From Octopus sinensis (Eukaryota): 64,000 bases of DNA. Each line of letters starts with the position of its first letter. The first letter of the stretch is position 1. The notes under the pieces were generated by a model that was not told the origin of the DNA, did not search any database, and was given only the letters and a program-made list of their open reading frames with translations. Of the stretch, positions 39,692 to 53,723 are shown piece by piece. Position numbers and translations under genes: made by a program. The stretch is from contig NC_043000.1 of NCBI RefSeq assembly GCF_006345805.1, positions 158,782,001 through 158,846,000 on the forward strand. The letters run 5' to 3'.

Positions 39692-39903
39692 GTAATAATC
39701 TAGTAAAGATAGTTACCCTGCTCATTATCAAACATTTACTTGAATCATCCGAACTAATATTTACTAGATATTGATTCATAAACACAGCGTTAGCACGAAG
39801 CTTATGACGAGCATCGGAGAGGTCATTTGCACTCTAGATATTTAGTATGCCACAAATAATTAGTAACCTGTATGGTGAATATGAGTGTATGAGTGTATTA
39901 TTA

Positions 39904-39959
<56 letters not shown>

Positions 39960-39962
<3 letters not shown>

Positions 39963-41141
39963 TAGTTTTATTTTTATAGCGTGCTTTCATTTCACTACCG
40001 AGCGCAGCTCTGTGTGTCTTGGGTATGTGCTGTGATTTGTTGTGATGCTCTGATGGTTATTGTATGGAAAGTGTTCTGCGTAGGATGTGTGCAGTGCCTA
40101 GTAGTGCAATTTTCTGTATGTTATATGTGTTTGTAAGTCCTGGTGTTTTTGTTATGTATTTGTCTGAATATTTTTTTATCATGCCTAATGCACCTACTAT
40201 GATACGAATTGTTTCTGTTTTCAGGTTCCACATTCTAGTTACCTCTATTTCCAGGTCTTTGTATTTTGAGAGTTTCTCCATTTCTTTTAGAGAAACGTTG
40301 TCATCTGCCGGTATTGATACATCAATTAGAAAGCATTTTTTTTCTTCATGATCTCTGACAACTATATCTGGTCTGTTGGCCTTAATTTCTATATCTGTGT
40401 GTATCGGCATATCCCAGAGTATGGTTGCTTTCTCGTTTTCTGTGACCTTTTCTGATGTGTGCCTATACCATCTTTTTTCTGTTGTTATTCCATAATGTTG
40501 GCATAGCTTCCAATGTATGTAGGTTCCAACTCTGTCATGTCTGTGAATATATTCCTTCTTAGCCAGGACTGGGCAGCTAGAGATAATATGATTTACTGTT
40601 TCTTGTCCATCTCCACATATTCTGCAGTTACTTGTAATATTTCTTTTCATTACATGTTTTTGGTAATTTCTGGTGGGGAGGCTTTGGTCTTGTGCTGCAA
40701 TTAAAAATCCCTCTGTTTCTGCTTTGAGTCCTGAGCTTCTCAACCATTGCTGGGATTTTTCTTTGTCTATTTGTTTCGCGTTTAGTTTAGTGCAGTATTT
40801 ACCATGAAAGGGTTTTTCTTGCCATCGTTTTATCATGGCTCGTTGCTTTTCTATTTTTAGTTTGGATTTCATTTGTTTTATAGCTTTTGTTGTTTCTTCA
40901 TCATCTTCTTCTTCTTCTTTGTGTTTATTAGGTGGTATGATTTCTGTTTGTATTTGTCAGCTTCCTTAAATACTGAGAACAGTTTTGTTTTGCTCGTGTT
41001 TTGCTGCTATCTGGATCAGTTTTCCTTCCTTCTGAAGTAGGTATTTTTGCAGTCCTATGGTGGTTATTTTATAGTAGTTTTCCAGCTGTATAAGGCCTCT
41101 ACCACCTTCTATACGTTGTATATATAGTCTTTCTATGTCAG

Positions 41142-41142
<1 letters not shown>
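39960..41142 (-). mobile_element. 5'-truncated R4/Dong-like retrotransposon, subfamily A, open 271-codon C-terminal frame
   Basis: ORF 40057-40872 has KAETEGFLIAAQDQSLPTRNY, CCHC knuckle CRICGDGQETVNHIISSC, and RLE RPDIVV..LIDVSIP..EKLSKYKDL. Upstream reads DIERLY..RIEGGRGL. Both ends abut (TAA)n. Confidence 0.92.
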
Positions 41143-41221
<79 letters not shown>

Positions 41222-41225
41222 CATT

Positions 41226-41432
41226 ATTCTATGTTTGACTTTTGCTTTATGTTTGTACAAGTTGGCTCCAAGTCTCACCCAGAGACCTCAAGTGACAACA
41301 GGTTGGAAGTTCATGATGTTATGCCTAGTGTGCCATATATTTGGGTTTTTTGGTGTGGTACTAGTGAATGTCTAATACATATTTTTTTTTAAATTGTTTG
41401 TTTTAAACCTTGAGATTACATAGAGAGTATTT
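41226..41432 (-). mobile_element. R4/Dong subfamily B 3'UTR-only insertion
   Basis: Homologous to 36571-36790, with (TAA)n on both sides. Confidence 0.75.
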
Positions 41433-41449
41433 TATTATTATTATTATTA

Positions 41450-41487
<38 letters not shown>

Positions 41488-41529
41488 ATTATTATTATTA
41501 TTGTTATTACCATTATTATTATTATTTTA

Positions 41530-41960
41530 TTTTTTTTATTATTATTTAGCACACATTTTTGGGAGCTCCTGGAGTTTTGCAAGCGTTGTGAGCTTGCTAC
41601 GTGCAACATGAAGTACAATGCTATCCATTCTTATCCGCTAGTGCTTCCCTGCTTATTCTGGCTATGCCAAGGAGGCATGTAGGAGATCCATAGGGTACAC
41701 TATACCAATTTTCTTTGTATTCCTCTTGATGCCTTCTGATACTCTTCCCAAGGAACCAACAATATTTAACTTTATCTCCATAGCTGGGCTACTTCGTACT
41801 TAAGAGGATTGCATCTATCTACCTTTCGTGGGTCAAAGAGACTTCTAAAATCAACTACATAGTATATGTGGTTCACCTTGTCCAGCACCACCACTAGGTT
41901 ATACTCTAGCACCTGATTTGTTTAGACTGTTATGCTCTAGCGTCAAATTATATTTGAAAA
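41530..41960 (-). mobile_element. RLE retrotransposon 3' end, subfamily C, heavily decayed
   Basis: Reverse-strand VVLDKVNHIYYVVDF...PLKYEVAQLW...IVGSLGRV..GIK...KKIGI. The 3' end runs into an AAT-type array. Confidence 0.55.
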
Positions 41961-42064
41961 ATTTACTCCTTGGTCAAAACTACATTCACTCCAGAGTAGT
42001 TTAGATATACTATACGTGGTTAAAAAGAGAGATGGGAATCCTACTTTACTGTATAATTTAACAA

Positions 42065-42157
<93 letters not shown>

Positions 42158-42255
42158 CTGTACGAAGTTTCTGATCGTATACGTATGTGTAGCTACAGGT
42201 GAATTTATGCTACGGATTAACGTTGCTGATGACAGCAGTAGGTATATATATATAT

Positions 42256-42296
<41 letters not shown>

Positions 42297-42523
42297 AACT
42301 ATAAGCTTGAAACGGGATCGTGTACACGCTTAACCAAAAGTTTAATTCATTATCTTTCTTTTGCTCGACCACAGCCCGTGTTTTTACGAAGCTTTTAAGG
42401 TGGTATTATCGTCTTATGACGTCTATTTTCTAGCGCTTGGAGAGGGTTGTATCCAATCTCTTGTATAATTGTGTATAACTATGTATATTTATATATATGT
42501 ATATATATATATATAATATATAT

Positions 42524-42557
<34 letters not shown>

Positions 42558-43104
42558 ATATATATTATATATATATATATATATAATTTATTTGTGCGCA
42601 AGCGTGTATTATTGTATTGAAAAACAAACTAGCCTTTCGGTTGCCTTAACGAGATATTGTACACTTAATTGTAATTAAAATATTTATTTCTAATTTTCAT
42701 TATTACATGTGGAAGTACGAAATATCAGCTGGCGATTTAATCAGTTTGGAACAGGGATGCTGACATCCCATTAAGAGGTATATATATATATCATTGTAGT
42801 AATTTACATATATATATACACATATACATATATATACATATACATATATATGAATATATATATGTATATATATATATAGTTATATATAAATATATATATA
42901 CATATATATACAAAATTAGAAAGTGGAGAAACATACTTAAATCAATCAAACATCAACCATCAGATGATACCCAATCAATACTTTATTACACCATTACATA
43001 ACAGCAAAGGCATTATAAAAAATATATCGTAAATATAATGTAAATGTAATTAGACAAGGAAATAGAAATATAAAATATAAAATATAATATATAATTATAT
43101 CATA

Positions 43105-43215
43105 TCTGACAGCTGTTTCGGCCGTGAGGACAAGTATGCCTCATTTAACCTATAAGCCATATAAGGCAGGTATAAATGAGACATTAACAAGGATGTACCA
43201 CGGCCTCTTCAGAGA
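43105..43215 (-). ncRNA. Type I hammerhead with extended stem II (mirror copy)
   Basis: Reverse complement of 43539-43649. Confidence 0.8.
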
Positions 43216-43371
43216 ATTTAATTTAATATAAGTGTCCCAAAAATTTTTTACATATAAATATAAAAATATAAAATATAAAAATGTGTGCATAGACACTCAT
43301 AATACTACACATATATATATACTCATTAATATTAATATATATATTATATATATATATATATATAATATATA

Positions 43372-43422
<51 letters not shown>

Positions 43423-43538
43423 TATTAATGAGTATATATATATGTGTAGTATTATGAGTGTCTATGCACACATTTTTATATTTTATATTTTTATATTTAT
43501 ATGTAAAAAATTTTTGGGACACTTATATTAAATTAAAT

Positions 43539-43649
43539 TCTCTGAAGAGGCCGTGGTACATCCTTGTTAATGTCTCATTTATACCTGCCTTATATGGCTT
43601 ATAGGTTAAATGAGGCATACTTGTCCTCACGGCCGAAACAGCTGTCAGA
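43539..43649 (+). ncRNA. Type I hammerhead with extended stem II
   Basis: TCT-CTGAAGA-GGCCGTG[about 72 nt]CACGGCC-GAA-ACAGCTGT-C-AGA. Canonical core, 7-bp GC-rich stem II, palindromic stem III. Predicted cut after GUC (43646/43647). Confidence 0.82.
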
Positions 43650-43871
43650 TATGATATAATTATATATTATATTTTATATTTTATATTTCTATTTCCTTGT
43701 CTAATTACATTTACATTATATTTACGATATATTTTTTATAATGCCTTTGCTGTTATGTAATGGTGTAATAAAGTATTGATTGGGTATCATCTGATGGTTG
43801 ATGTTTGATTGATTTAAGTATGTTTCTCCACTTTCTAATTTTGTATATATATGTATATATATATTTATATA

Positions 43872-43911
<40 letters not shown>

Positions 43912-44690
43912 TATATTCATATATATGTATATGTATATATATGTATATGTGTATATATATATGTAAATTACTACAATGATATATATATATACCTCTTAAT
44001 GGGATGTCAGCATCCCTGTTCCAAACTGATTAAATCGCCTAGCTGATATTTCGTACTTCCACATGTAATAATGAAAATTAGAAATAAATATTTTAATTAC
44101 AATTAAGTGTATAATATCTCGTTAAGGCAACCGAAAGGCTAGTTTGTTTTTCAATACAATAATACACGCTTGCGCACAAATAAATTAAAACAAACTTGCA
44201 TATACACAAGTAACGTTTACTTTTTTTAAAATATATTAAAATACACAAGTGCTCATGTCTGAATTTAATGCTGAGTCTATCAATCATATATCAACAGACT
44301 GAGATGTGGTTCCTTTTTCTCTCAACGTTTGGCCCTGACGAAATCTTCAGTTAACTATAATTCAATATGAATCTTTAATTCAATTTTTATAAGTTGAATT
44401 AATTGATTGGACATGGAAATAATTGTAGGTTCTATGAGTTTGATATTATATCGATATTGGATGTGTTTCAATACACTCATATCAATATGCCAATTTCTCC
44501 ATTTACTTCTTTTACTTGTATATACATACATACACACACATACATACTACATACATACATACATACACATATATATATATATTATATATATATATATATA
44601 TATAATATATATATATATATGAATGAATGAATAAAAGAGGAAAAAGAAAAAGGGAATATACACATATAAGTATGTAACTTTTACATTTTA

Positions 44691-44789
<99 letters not shown>

Positions 44790-45642
44790 GCGTAAGTGTG
44801 AGTGTGTGTTTGTATATGTATGTATATGCATATATCATTTAAAAAGGAGGTGTATGTATGATTTTTTTCCTGTTTAAACACAGAAATATACGTTGTTACT
44901 GAATTGAAACGATTATATACATAATATATATTTCAGCATTTAATAACATAGCAGAATGTTTATTGTATATTGTACATTAATGAGGTTTCAGACAGATTGT
45001 ACCTAATAGATTTATCATCGTTTCAGTGAGGGATGCATAATTATAGATGAATATGAAATATTTCCACTGAGAAGTCTCATAGTGGACATTGTTGAAACAC
45101 TTCTTCACCACCACTATGATCATCAGCCTCTTCCTCGTCCTCCCTCTTCTGCTCTTCAATCTATCCCCTCCTACTCCTCTTCTCATCATTGCTTTTATCG
45201 TTAGTTCATCTTACTTCATACCGTCGGTATCATCCTCTGATATTCCATTTATTATTTACTCCTTTTGAATTTGCAGTTGTTTTTGTTGTTTTGGTGGTTT
45301 AGGTTTATTATCCCATTTCCTAATTATCAGATGGAAATATAATCACAAGCTTGTGAATTTGATACCGATGATAATTAATTGGAAAGTAGATATGTTCGTG
45401 ATATTTATCTTCCGATTAATCGGTTTACTTATGGAAACAAACTCAAACGAAATATAGAGACAACATGCCCATGGACGTAGGCAAATATGTATTCATCGTA
45501 ACGTACCTACATACATGCATATATACTTACTTACATACCTACGTATGTATATAATATTATTTGAGGGAATAAAATCCAAACTTACAAGGAAAAATAATTC
45601 AATTTAGAAATACTAAATCAAATTCCAAAATATAATATATAT

Positions 45643-45940
45643 AAAATATTAGAAAAAAAACACCTTTTATCAATTCAAAATGAATAATTAAATTACACCA
45701 TCTAGAAAATTCCATAAATAGAAAATATAAAATTAAAATAACAATTAAAAAGTAAAGATTAAGTAAATTACAAAATAATATATTGTATATAATAGGTAGA
45801 AAATATATTATTTTGTAATTTACTTAATATTTACTTTTTAATTGTTATTTTAATTTTATATTTTATATTTATGGAATTTTCTAGATGGTGTAATTTAATT
45901 ATTCATTTTGAATTGATAAAAGGTGGTTTTTCTAATATTT
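45643..45940. repeat. Fold-back, about 140-bp arms, about 16-nt spacer
   Basis: CACCTTTTATCAATTCAAAATG...CCATCTAGAAAATTCC is mirrored by GGAATTTTCTAGATGG...CATTTTGAATTGATAAAAGGTG. Confidence 0.9.
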
Positions 45941-45980
45941 ATATATATATTATATATATATATATATGATTATATATATA

Positions 45981-46020
<40 letters not shown>

Positions 46021-46098
46021 TATTATATATATATATATATAATATAATGATATATATATATATAATGATATATATATATATATATATATATGATTATA

Positions 46099-46178
<80 letters not shown>

Positions 46179-46484
46179 ATATATATATACACTATATATA
46201 TATGTACAAATACAAAGCTGAGCTCATAAGGAAAAGCAAGATGGAATAAATAGTACTCGAATTCCAATGGTAGAGTAATATGTTTTTAGTGAAGCTGCAA
46301 AATTATGACAAAGACTGTTACTCAGAATTTCATGTTCCTGATCATCGGACAGTTGTGATGAAAACTGAATTAAAATAGCGATGGTGTATGTGGTATAGTG
46401 TGATGTAATGTAATTCAAACATGACATTGCATCATACTATATTACGTGTACCATCACATACACACACAAACACATACATCTATG

Positions 46485-46525
<41 letters not shown>

Positions 46526-46559
46526 GGTATGTTTCGGTCAAGAAATTGGCCCAAGCCAT

Positions 46560-47060
46560 GTCTAACTTAATATTACCATCTGCTGGTATCTGTGAAGTAA
46601 TTTTTATGTCAAGTTTTTGGTGTCATGGTCCATTAAATTAGGGAGTTGTTGTTGAATGAGATATATCATGAGGTGTGTCTAGGTACGTAGGTGGATTATT
46701 TGGTATCCCTCTATGAAATTTGTCCAGGTTTCGTTTGAAGGTGTTGGGATCTTTATCTTCTGTAATTTGTTTTAAGATAATGTTGAGGAAATGGAATTGT
46801 ATTTCAGTGAATTTATGTGTTGTGATTCTGAATTTTGTAGAGGGCATGTGACACGTATTCTCAGCTTTAGATGAATTCTGAATCTAATTTTAAGGTCGTT
46901 TGGGCAATATTAGTGCCTTGTTATCCACATTGCGCAAATGAGGTAACGTTCATGGCAGCACTCGACTTCCACTCTTTAATCATATGTTCACAGGCAACCT
47001 GGCGTAATTGTCGAAATATACATACTTACATTATATCCAGTCAAACACACACCCTGTCGC
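46560..47060 (-). mobile_element. CR1-like LINE 3' fragment, decayed
   Basis: Reverse-strand ERYLICAMW...CPND and TFKRNLDKF..IPNNP resemble the ERY.I.Y.WK and FK..LD.FL..IPDQP motifs of CR1-group C-termini. Confidence 0.6.
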
Positions 47061-49546
47061 CTCACACCCTCGGGAATGAACTAATTCTGAAGAAACTTGG
47101 AGATCAGCTTAAGCCTTCTTGTTGCACTATACGATGCCAACCAATAAAAATATCACACAGCGACAAAACACCGCTCCCCATCAACCACTCAACACAAACT
47201 ACTCAGCATGCGGAATGTTATGCAGCTTGACCATGTGCACACTGGTGGGTTAGAAGTGTGTGGAAGAAAGATGCCTGAACTAAACTCACTTAAGATGTTC
47301 TTAATATGTCAATGTCTTTATAAATGAGCTACAGTATGCGTTTGAGAACTCTAGAATTAAGTATAACTGTTGCTTGTAAATAAGACGGTTATCATTATCG
47401 ATGTTAACATGTGCATATATGGTAACCTATGCGAACCTGTGAATAGAAAATATATCAAAAATAAACAGAGGACATGATTTGCAAAACACAGCATTTCCTT
47501 ACATGGTTAAAAATCTTGCCAAGTTTATGGAAAAACTAAGCTTCATCCAGTATTAAAACACAAATAAAAAAAGTAAACTCACTGGGTCTACAAGTTTTTA
47601 TTCAGAGTGAAACATTTTATTCGGGTTTTACTAGTGAATTTCAGTAGTGTTACAGCGCGCCTATTCTACATCGTAATTTGTGTCCTGTTCTTACCACTTA
47701 CTTTAATTACTAAAAGATAACATTGTGAAAGGAAAATTTTCATTACATAAGATTGTACTTGAATTTTGTAAATAGGCAGAATATTACAAATCAGTTCAAC
47801 AATTGTTTGAGATAATTTAGATTGTCAAATCAGCATTAAAGCATCTTAAAATTATTATTCTTGTCTGTAGTCTATGTGTGTCTGGAATTCTTCAGATTTT
47901 GTATGTGGATGACATTTGTGGGAAAGAAATTTATATTTGTTAGCAGCAATGATTATTAATTTTCCGTGTCCGATAATAAACACCAGCTGAGCGTTTTATT
48001 TTCATGTTTTTGTGTTATTCTTTATCTTGTCACCTGCAGAAAATTTGTTTAATTCTTTGCTGTAACTTGTTAGTTCACGGTCAACGTACTAACGAAAACT
48101 GTGTAGTAGATTTGTTAAATTCTCATTCATTAAAAGACTTGAGAAACGATTTGGAAATGCGGTTTTGGTGTCGCTGTCTTCGGGCGAAAAAGTTCTGGCC
48201 TATAGCTTAGAATAATTCATGATTTTAATGAGGGCAAAGTAATCCTTAACAGTTAGACATGAAAGGGTAGTAGAAATGAATGGAGGGAATCTAAGGGGGC
48301 CCACATTTTGAGGAGGATTATTTGGAAATCGAATTTACGAGGGGAACACGTTAATAGTCATGCGAACATGAGGATCGCATGAAGATTTAAGTCGGGACGG
48401 TATGAGAATAGATAACCTAACATAATCTGAATAATCAATCCTTGCATCATTACCAGTGCAAAATCAGAAGCAAGAACGAAAAGATGGGCGGGTCAGTTGG
48501 CAGAGTGTGCTAGTAAATGATTTCATGACAATCTGTAAAGGGACATTTCTTGGATGGTAAAGATTTTCAGCTTAAATAGTAAACATGAGAAATCAATTTT
48601 ACTATCATTAACTTATTTTTGTCCTTGACATATTCATGTAACAAACACATACATGTATGAACACACATAAACATACATGCATGCCTATATACGTATATGT
48701 CAACGTTTGTGTGTGTGAACATATTCTGTTAGTTTTTCATTTTTGTTCATTACATTTTGTCGTAGCTTTTCTTACATCTATTACATATTACTTTAGTAAG
48801 TTGTTCACCTTTACATTTTGATACAATTTTGTAATACCTTTTCAACTTCTGACAGAAATATAATAATTTCGCAAAGAATATTCACTCTCGATTATCAATC
48901 ATTCAGTAAATGGTCAGCTGTCTTGACAGTAATATTGAGATTCTTATAAAGAATGTCTAGCTACGGTTTCAATATATAGTTCCTGTCACGTTGGCTATTT
49001 TCAATAAATATTGCGAATATAATGAATTTCGAATTTCTTCAAGGATAATTTTTCTTTCATCATTTCGAAGTCGATAAAATAGAATTCCAGCCAACTACTT
49101 AATGGATAAATCGAGCGTTTCTTCACCAAGGATGTGACGTTTCTGCTTGAGTTAGAAAATATTCTAATACTGAAAATAAATGGAAAGTTAAACTTAAATG
49201 CGGGATTGTAAGACAATTGCAAAATATCTGCGGTTGACTATTGTAAAAAATAAAGAGAAACGATTATTTAATTATGAAGTAAGCTCATTAATTACAATGT
49301 TATATTCTTAGAAAACGAAAAGCACTTGTTTTACTATCTGATTGTTTAAAAATTATGTAATAAAGCAGTTTCTGATATGTCAGCATTAAAAGATGACGGT
49401 AAAAGAATTACTAATGTGCAAAGGTGTTATGATGATTATCATTGTCAGTGTCCGTGTCGACTAATGAGTGTTTGCCTGCAGGCGAGTTTCTTATGTAATT
49501 GGAATATTGTTGTTTTCATTCTTTATTTTCTATATCTGTCTCTCTG

Positions 49547-49630
<84 letters not shown>

Positions 49631-49647
49631 ATATATATATAATATAT

Positions 49648-49833
<186 letters not shown>

Positions 49834-50160
49834 TATGTATATATATGTGTGTGTGTGTCTATCTATTTATCTTTCTGTTGTCTGTGTATCTATCTATCTA
49901 TTAACCAATCAATCACTCTTCTCTATGTATGTACGTATGTGTATTTGTGTATGAATATATTTTGTGCCTGCATACATGTGTGCGCGCACATGTTGTAGAG
50001 GTTAAATTTTCTGTCACTCTGTTGATGTTTGGTCTGATACTAATTGGGATTTACGCACGTATCTTATGTGCATGGTTGTTCAGATTGTGTGTTAAATACC
50101 TGAAGGTGAGTCGAAGTCACACAAGCTAAATCAATTTATAAACATCATGGTAGTTCCTGT

Positions 50161-50342
50161 TTAATTACTACATGCCAGAAATATTGCTGACTGAACTATC
50201 GTCTGACGGAAGCCTATAAAGCACCAAACCAAAACTGTTTTGCAGGACTTGACAGATCTGGTTCTTGTAGTTTTCCATCGGCAATCCTTCCAAGCTATTC
50301 CAGTGGGAATCTTATTGCGGCGATTAGAAAGATCTCTGGTCT
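50161..50342 (-). CDS. Candidate exon 2 of a small secreted peptide
   Basis: Acceptor ACTGTATTTCAACAG|AG. Only the phase-1 frame is open (ETRDLSNRRNKIPTGIAWKDCRWK...ACSN*), and that phase matches the exon at 53724-53799. Confidence 0.3.
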
Positions 50343-50575
50343 CTGTTGAAATACAGTTTTTACATAGATAAAGATCTATAGATTCCTGATACAGTAAAGT
50401 ATATATTGACTTTAACATGTTCATATAATTGAACAGTGTTACATTACATTATCCGGAAGTTTCCAGACGAATGAGGAAGAAATTATGAAGTTTTCCTTTC
50501 AGTGAAATCTTTTCCTTGAATGAGAGTAAATAAAATATTACTGATAACGAATTACAATGCTTTTATTTCAGTTTG

Positions 50576-50666
<91 letters not shown>

Positions 50667-50682
50667 AAAGTTTATGAAAAGA

Positions 50683-51373
50683 ACAAAAGAGGAAGACAGG
50701 TAGTGTACAAAACAAACGGATGTATTAGTATAACGCTCAGGAATAGAAAAAGTCTTTTACGTTTCGAGCCTACGCTCTTCTACAGAAAGGTATACAGAAA
50801 AAACAAGGAGAGAAAAAATGTGTCTAGTGGCTAACATATATACATATATATATGGGAAAAATGTCCAAGTAGAAAATGCTAAATCAATTTTATAAAAAAC
50901 CTTTCAGTACCGGTTTCAGTCATTGAGACTTTTCTACTGTAAGTATGGAAAACAATTAAATTTTGGAAAAATTAAATGAAAAGGTTTGAAAGGAATATTT
51001 TTGCATTGTATTCAAATACAAGGAAAATGCCCCTTGTATTTGAATACGATGCAAATATTCTTTTCAAAAACTTTTCATTTAATTTTTCCAAAATTTAATT
51101 GTTTTCCATACTTACAGTAGAAAAGTCTCAATGACTGAAACCGGTACTGAACGGTTTTTTATAAAATTACTTTAGCATTTTCTACTTGGACATTTTTCCC
51201 TATATATATATGTATATATATTAGCCACTACACACATTTTTTTCTCTCCTTGTTTTCTCTGTATACCTTTCTGTAGAAGAGCGTAGGCTCGAAACGTAAA
51301 AGACTTTTTCTATACCTAAGCGTTATACTAATACATCCGTTTGTTTTGTACACCACCTGTCTTCGTCTTTTGT
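50683..51373. repeat. 690-bp palindrome, 8-nt spacer, two hammerhead-like modules per arm
   Basis: Centre CAAGG-AAAATGCC-CCTTG (51024-51031). Motifs at 50754-50789(-)/51267-51302(+) and 50901-50943(-)/51111-51153(+). Confidence 0.95.
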
Positions 51374-52091
51374 TTCGAAAATTATCCAGAGAAAAAACTT
51401 ACCAATAATTAATTATATCAAAAAGTAATCAGAAATATTAGAAGTTTCCATTACCAGGGGCATAGCGTGTAAAAATTTAGTCATTAGACTACATATTATT
51501 CATATAAATACAGTGTATATTTAAACACATAAAAGCCATCCATCATAGGACTCTTTGTACGCTAGAGAAGACATTTAAATTCTAAACCACTATTAGGGAT
51601 AAAATTTCGAAGGGAATGAAAAATAAAAACATTTACCATCTAAATGTGTTTAAGTGTACACTGTATTTATATGAATAATATATAGTCTGTTGACAAACAT
51701 TTATACACACTAAGCCACTGGTATTGGGCATTTCTAATTACCCTTTGATAGTATTATATATATATATATTATATTAAACTTTTTAATACTTTTTGATAGT
51801 TATATATATTTATTTTTAAAAAAATTAAATAAAAATATGAAATATAAAATTTTTTTAAAAAATAATTAATAAATAAATTTTTTTAAAAATTATGAATATA
51901 AATATAAATTAATAATTTTAATTTTAAATTTAAATTTAAATGATTTAAATTTTTAAATTTTATATTTTTTTATATATTTTGTATATTATATCAATTATTA
52001 TTATTTTTATGTTTTGATTTATGTTTTTCACTGTGTGATTTGCCTAATAGTGGTTTTATCTCTAATTTTATTTATAAATATATATATATAT

Positions 52092-52430
52092 CGGGTAGGC
52101 CAGAGAAAACGGACATTTTTGTAATGCTTCAGACCCAGTGGGAGGGACATATGTCCGAGAGGTACCATTCCGTCCGTGATGTGTTAGCATTTTCTTTTCT
52201 TTTCACGTGAAGCCATAGCGCCGCGAACAATAGAGCTTCGCGTGTTTGCCTATGGCATTTACGTGAAGAATAAAGAGTCTTTCACAGCAGTTCAGCATAA
52301 GCTTCGACGCCTCTTCAACATTCATCGAAATCCCACCCGTAACACAATCTTACGTTGTGTGAATGCGTACACGAGATACACTAATGAATAGAATACCGGT
52401 GGGGACACCACGAACGGTGAGAACGTCAGA
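52092..52430 (+). mobile_element. Tc1/mariner-like left end, decayed N-terminus
   Basis: TIR-like CGGGTAGGCCAGAGAAAACGGACATTTTT after (TA)n. IELRVFAYGIYVKNKESFTAVQHKLRRLFNIHRN.PTRNTILR resembles HTH (DUF4817-type) N-termini. Confidence 0.65.
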
Positions 52431-53723
52431 TAAGCTTTGATACGCTATTAGTAACCTCTCTCACTCATGGCATTTATAATTGTGCTTATCTATGCGCAGA
52501 CGTATGATGGTATTGATGAATGACGCACTGAATTTTATTTAATATCAAATTGCATAAGCATAATTAATATATTTTCTAGCTTGCTGAATGATTTTTCCAT
52601 GCTTGCCAGTTAGTGAAACGAGCTTAACCGATAGTAAAAGTGTTGTCAATACCTCCATTCCTTTGTCATATATTTATAAGCAACATTTAGATTCGTTAAA
52701 ATATGTTTGTGACATATTTTAACTGCTAAAAGGCAAGTTCCCTGCAGTTGCCGCAGAGCAAATATATCTTTTATTGTAAAAAGGAATCCCAAATATCGAT
52801 GTTTCGAGTTTTTTTTTTTATTCTTCCCCATGGTATGTACCTAAGAGACTCAACTCTGAACAAACTTACAAAGTAATAGCTTGGTCACTCGATCGAGGAA
52901 AATGATGAAATGTCTGTTCAGAGTTATTCAGGTTATAGTTCATCAGCATTTTTGAGGTTATATTTCATCACCATTCTATATTATATATCTATGGTTGTGT
53001 TCCAGTTATACTGGTTTTTACACAGACTGACTTACAAGACAAGGCATAAATAACGGTCATTACAGTTTTCTTTATACAACACATTTGAATTACATTTGTT
53101 TCCAATAGACATTATAAAGTCGATATTGATTAGTTTACTCAATCGTCCCATTAGGAGGCTGAGAAAAGTTGAACAACATGGAGAAAGCAATGTTTACTGA
53201 ATAATTGACAGATTATCACAGTTGTATGCCAAATATTGCTGGCTGGAGTGCCTTTATATAACGGTATCCTCTCTATCCAACAAGCTAATCATCAACAGTA
53301 GAATACTCCATGATATTGCTGAATCTGGTTATTGTAGACCTATATGGTCTGACTATATTTTTCTGAAGTGCCGAATTTCCTTAAACGGAAATTACACCAG
53401 TGATGCAGTTGGATATTTTATCGATCGAGTGGTATATATTGCATTTTTGATATATAAAATATAAAATATCTTCGTAAACAAAACTTGCAATGTTTCTCTA
53501 TCATTTTGTGTTGGTTTGCTTCATCGACGCTGTTATGTTTTATCATTCCTCTCTTTGATAGCTAATAATTCAAACAAGTTGTGAGGAATATTTCTGAGTT
53601 GCAATTTACTGGAAAAAAATTGATATAGGACCATATAATGGAGTTGAAGCAATTATATCGTGGGAAAGGAAATTTACAAAATATAGATATTGAGGATACT
53701 TTGTACGGAATTCTCTAACTCAC

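Larger units (their letters stand above)
42584..44187. repeat. 1.6-kb near-perfect palindrome centred on (TA)n at about 43377
   Basis: Mirror ORFs 43223-43522(-) and 43232-43531(+). Mirrored coordinates sum to 86754 across the inner arms. Confidence 0.97.

Noticed and set aside
44300-44355. CTGAAGA...AAACGTT hammerhead-like string (minus strand)
   Set aside because: G12 is missing and neither stem I nor stem II pairs.
51760-52030. Extremely AT-rich block as organellar insertion or origin
   Set aside because: No mitochondrial gene or tRNA motifs; it is low complexity and may be a low-quality consensus.
53222-53570. GPCR-like fragments (LLNLVIVDL, FIDRVVYI, IILCWFASS..IIPLF)
   Set aside because: They need several frameshifts, the TM1-TM2 and TM2-TM3 spacings are much too short, and TM5-7 are absent. 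AT-rich DNA readily gives such hydrophobic strings. A profile search would settle it.
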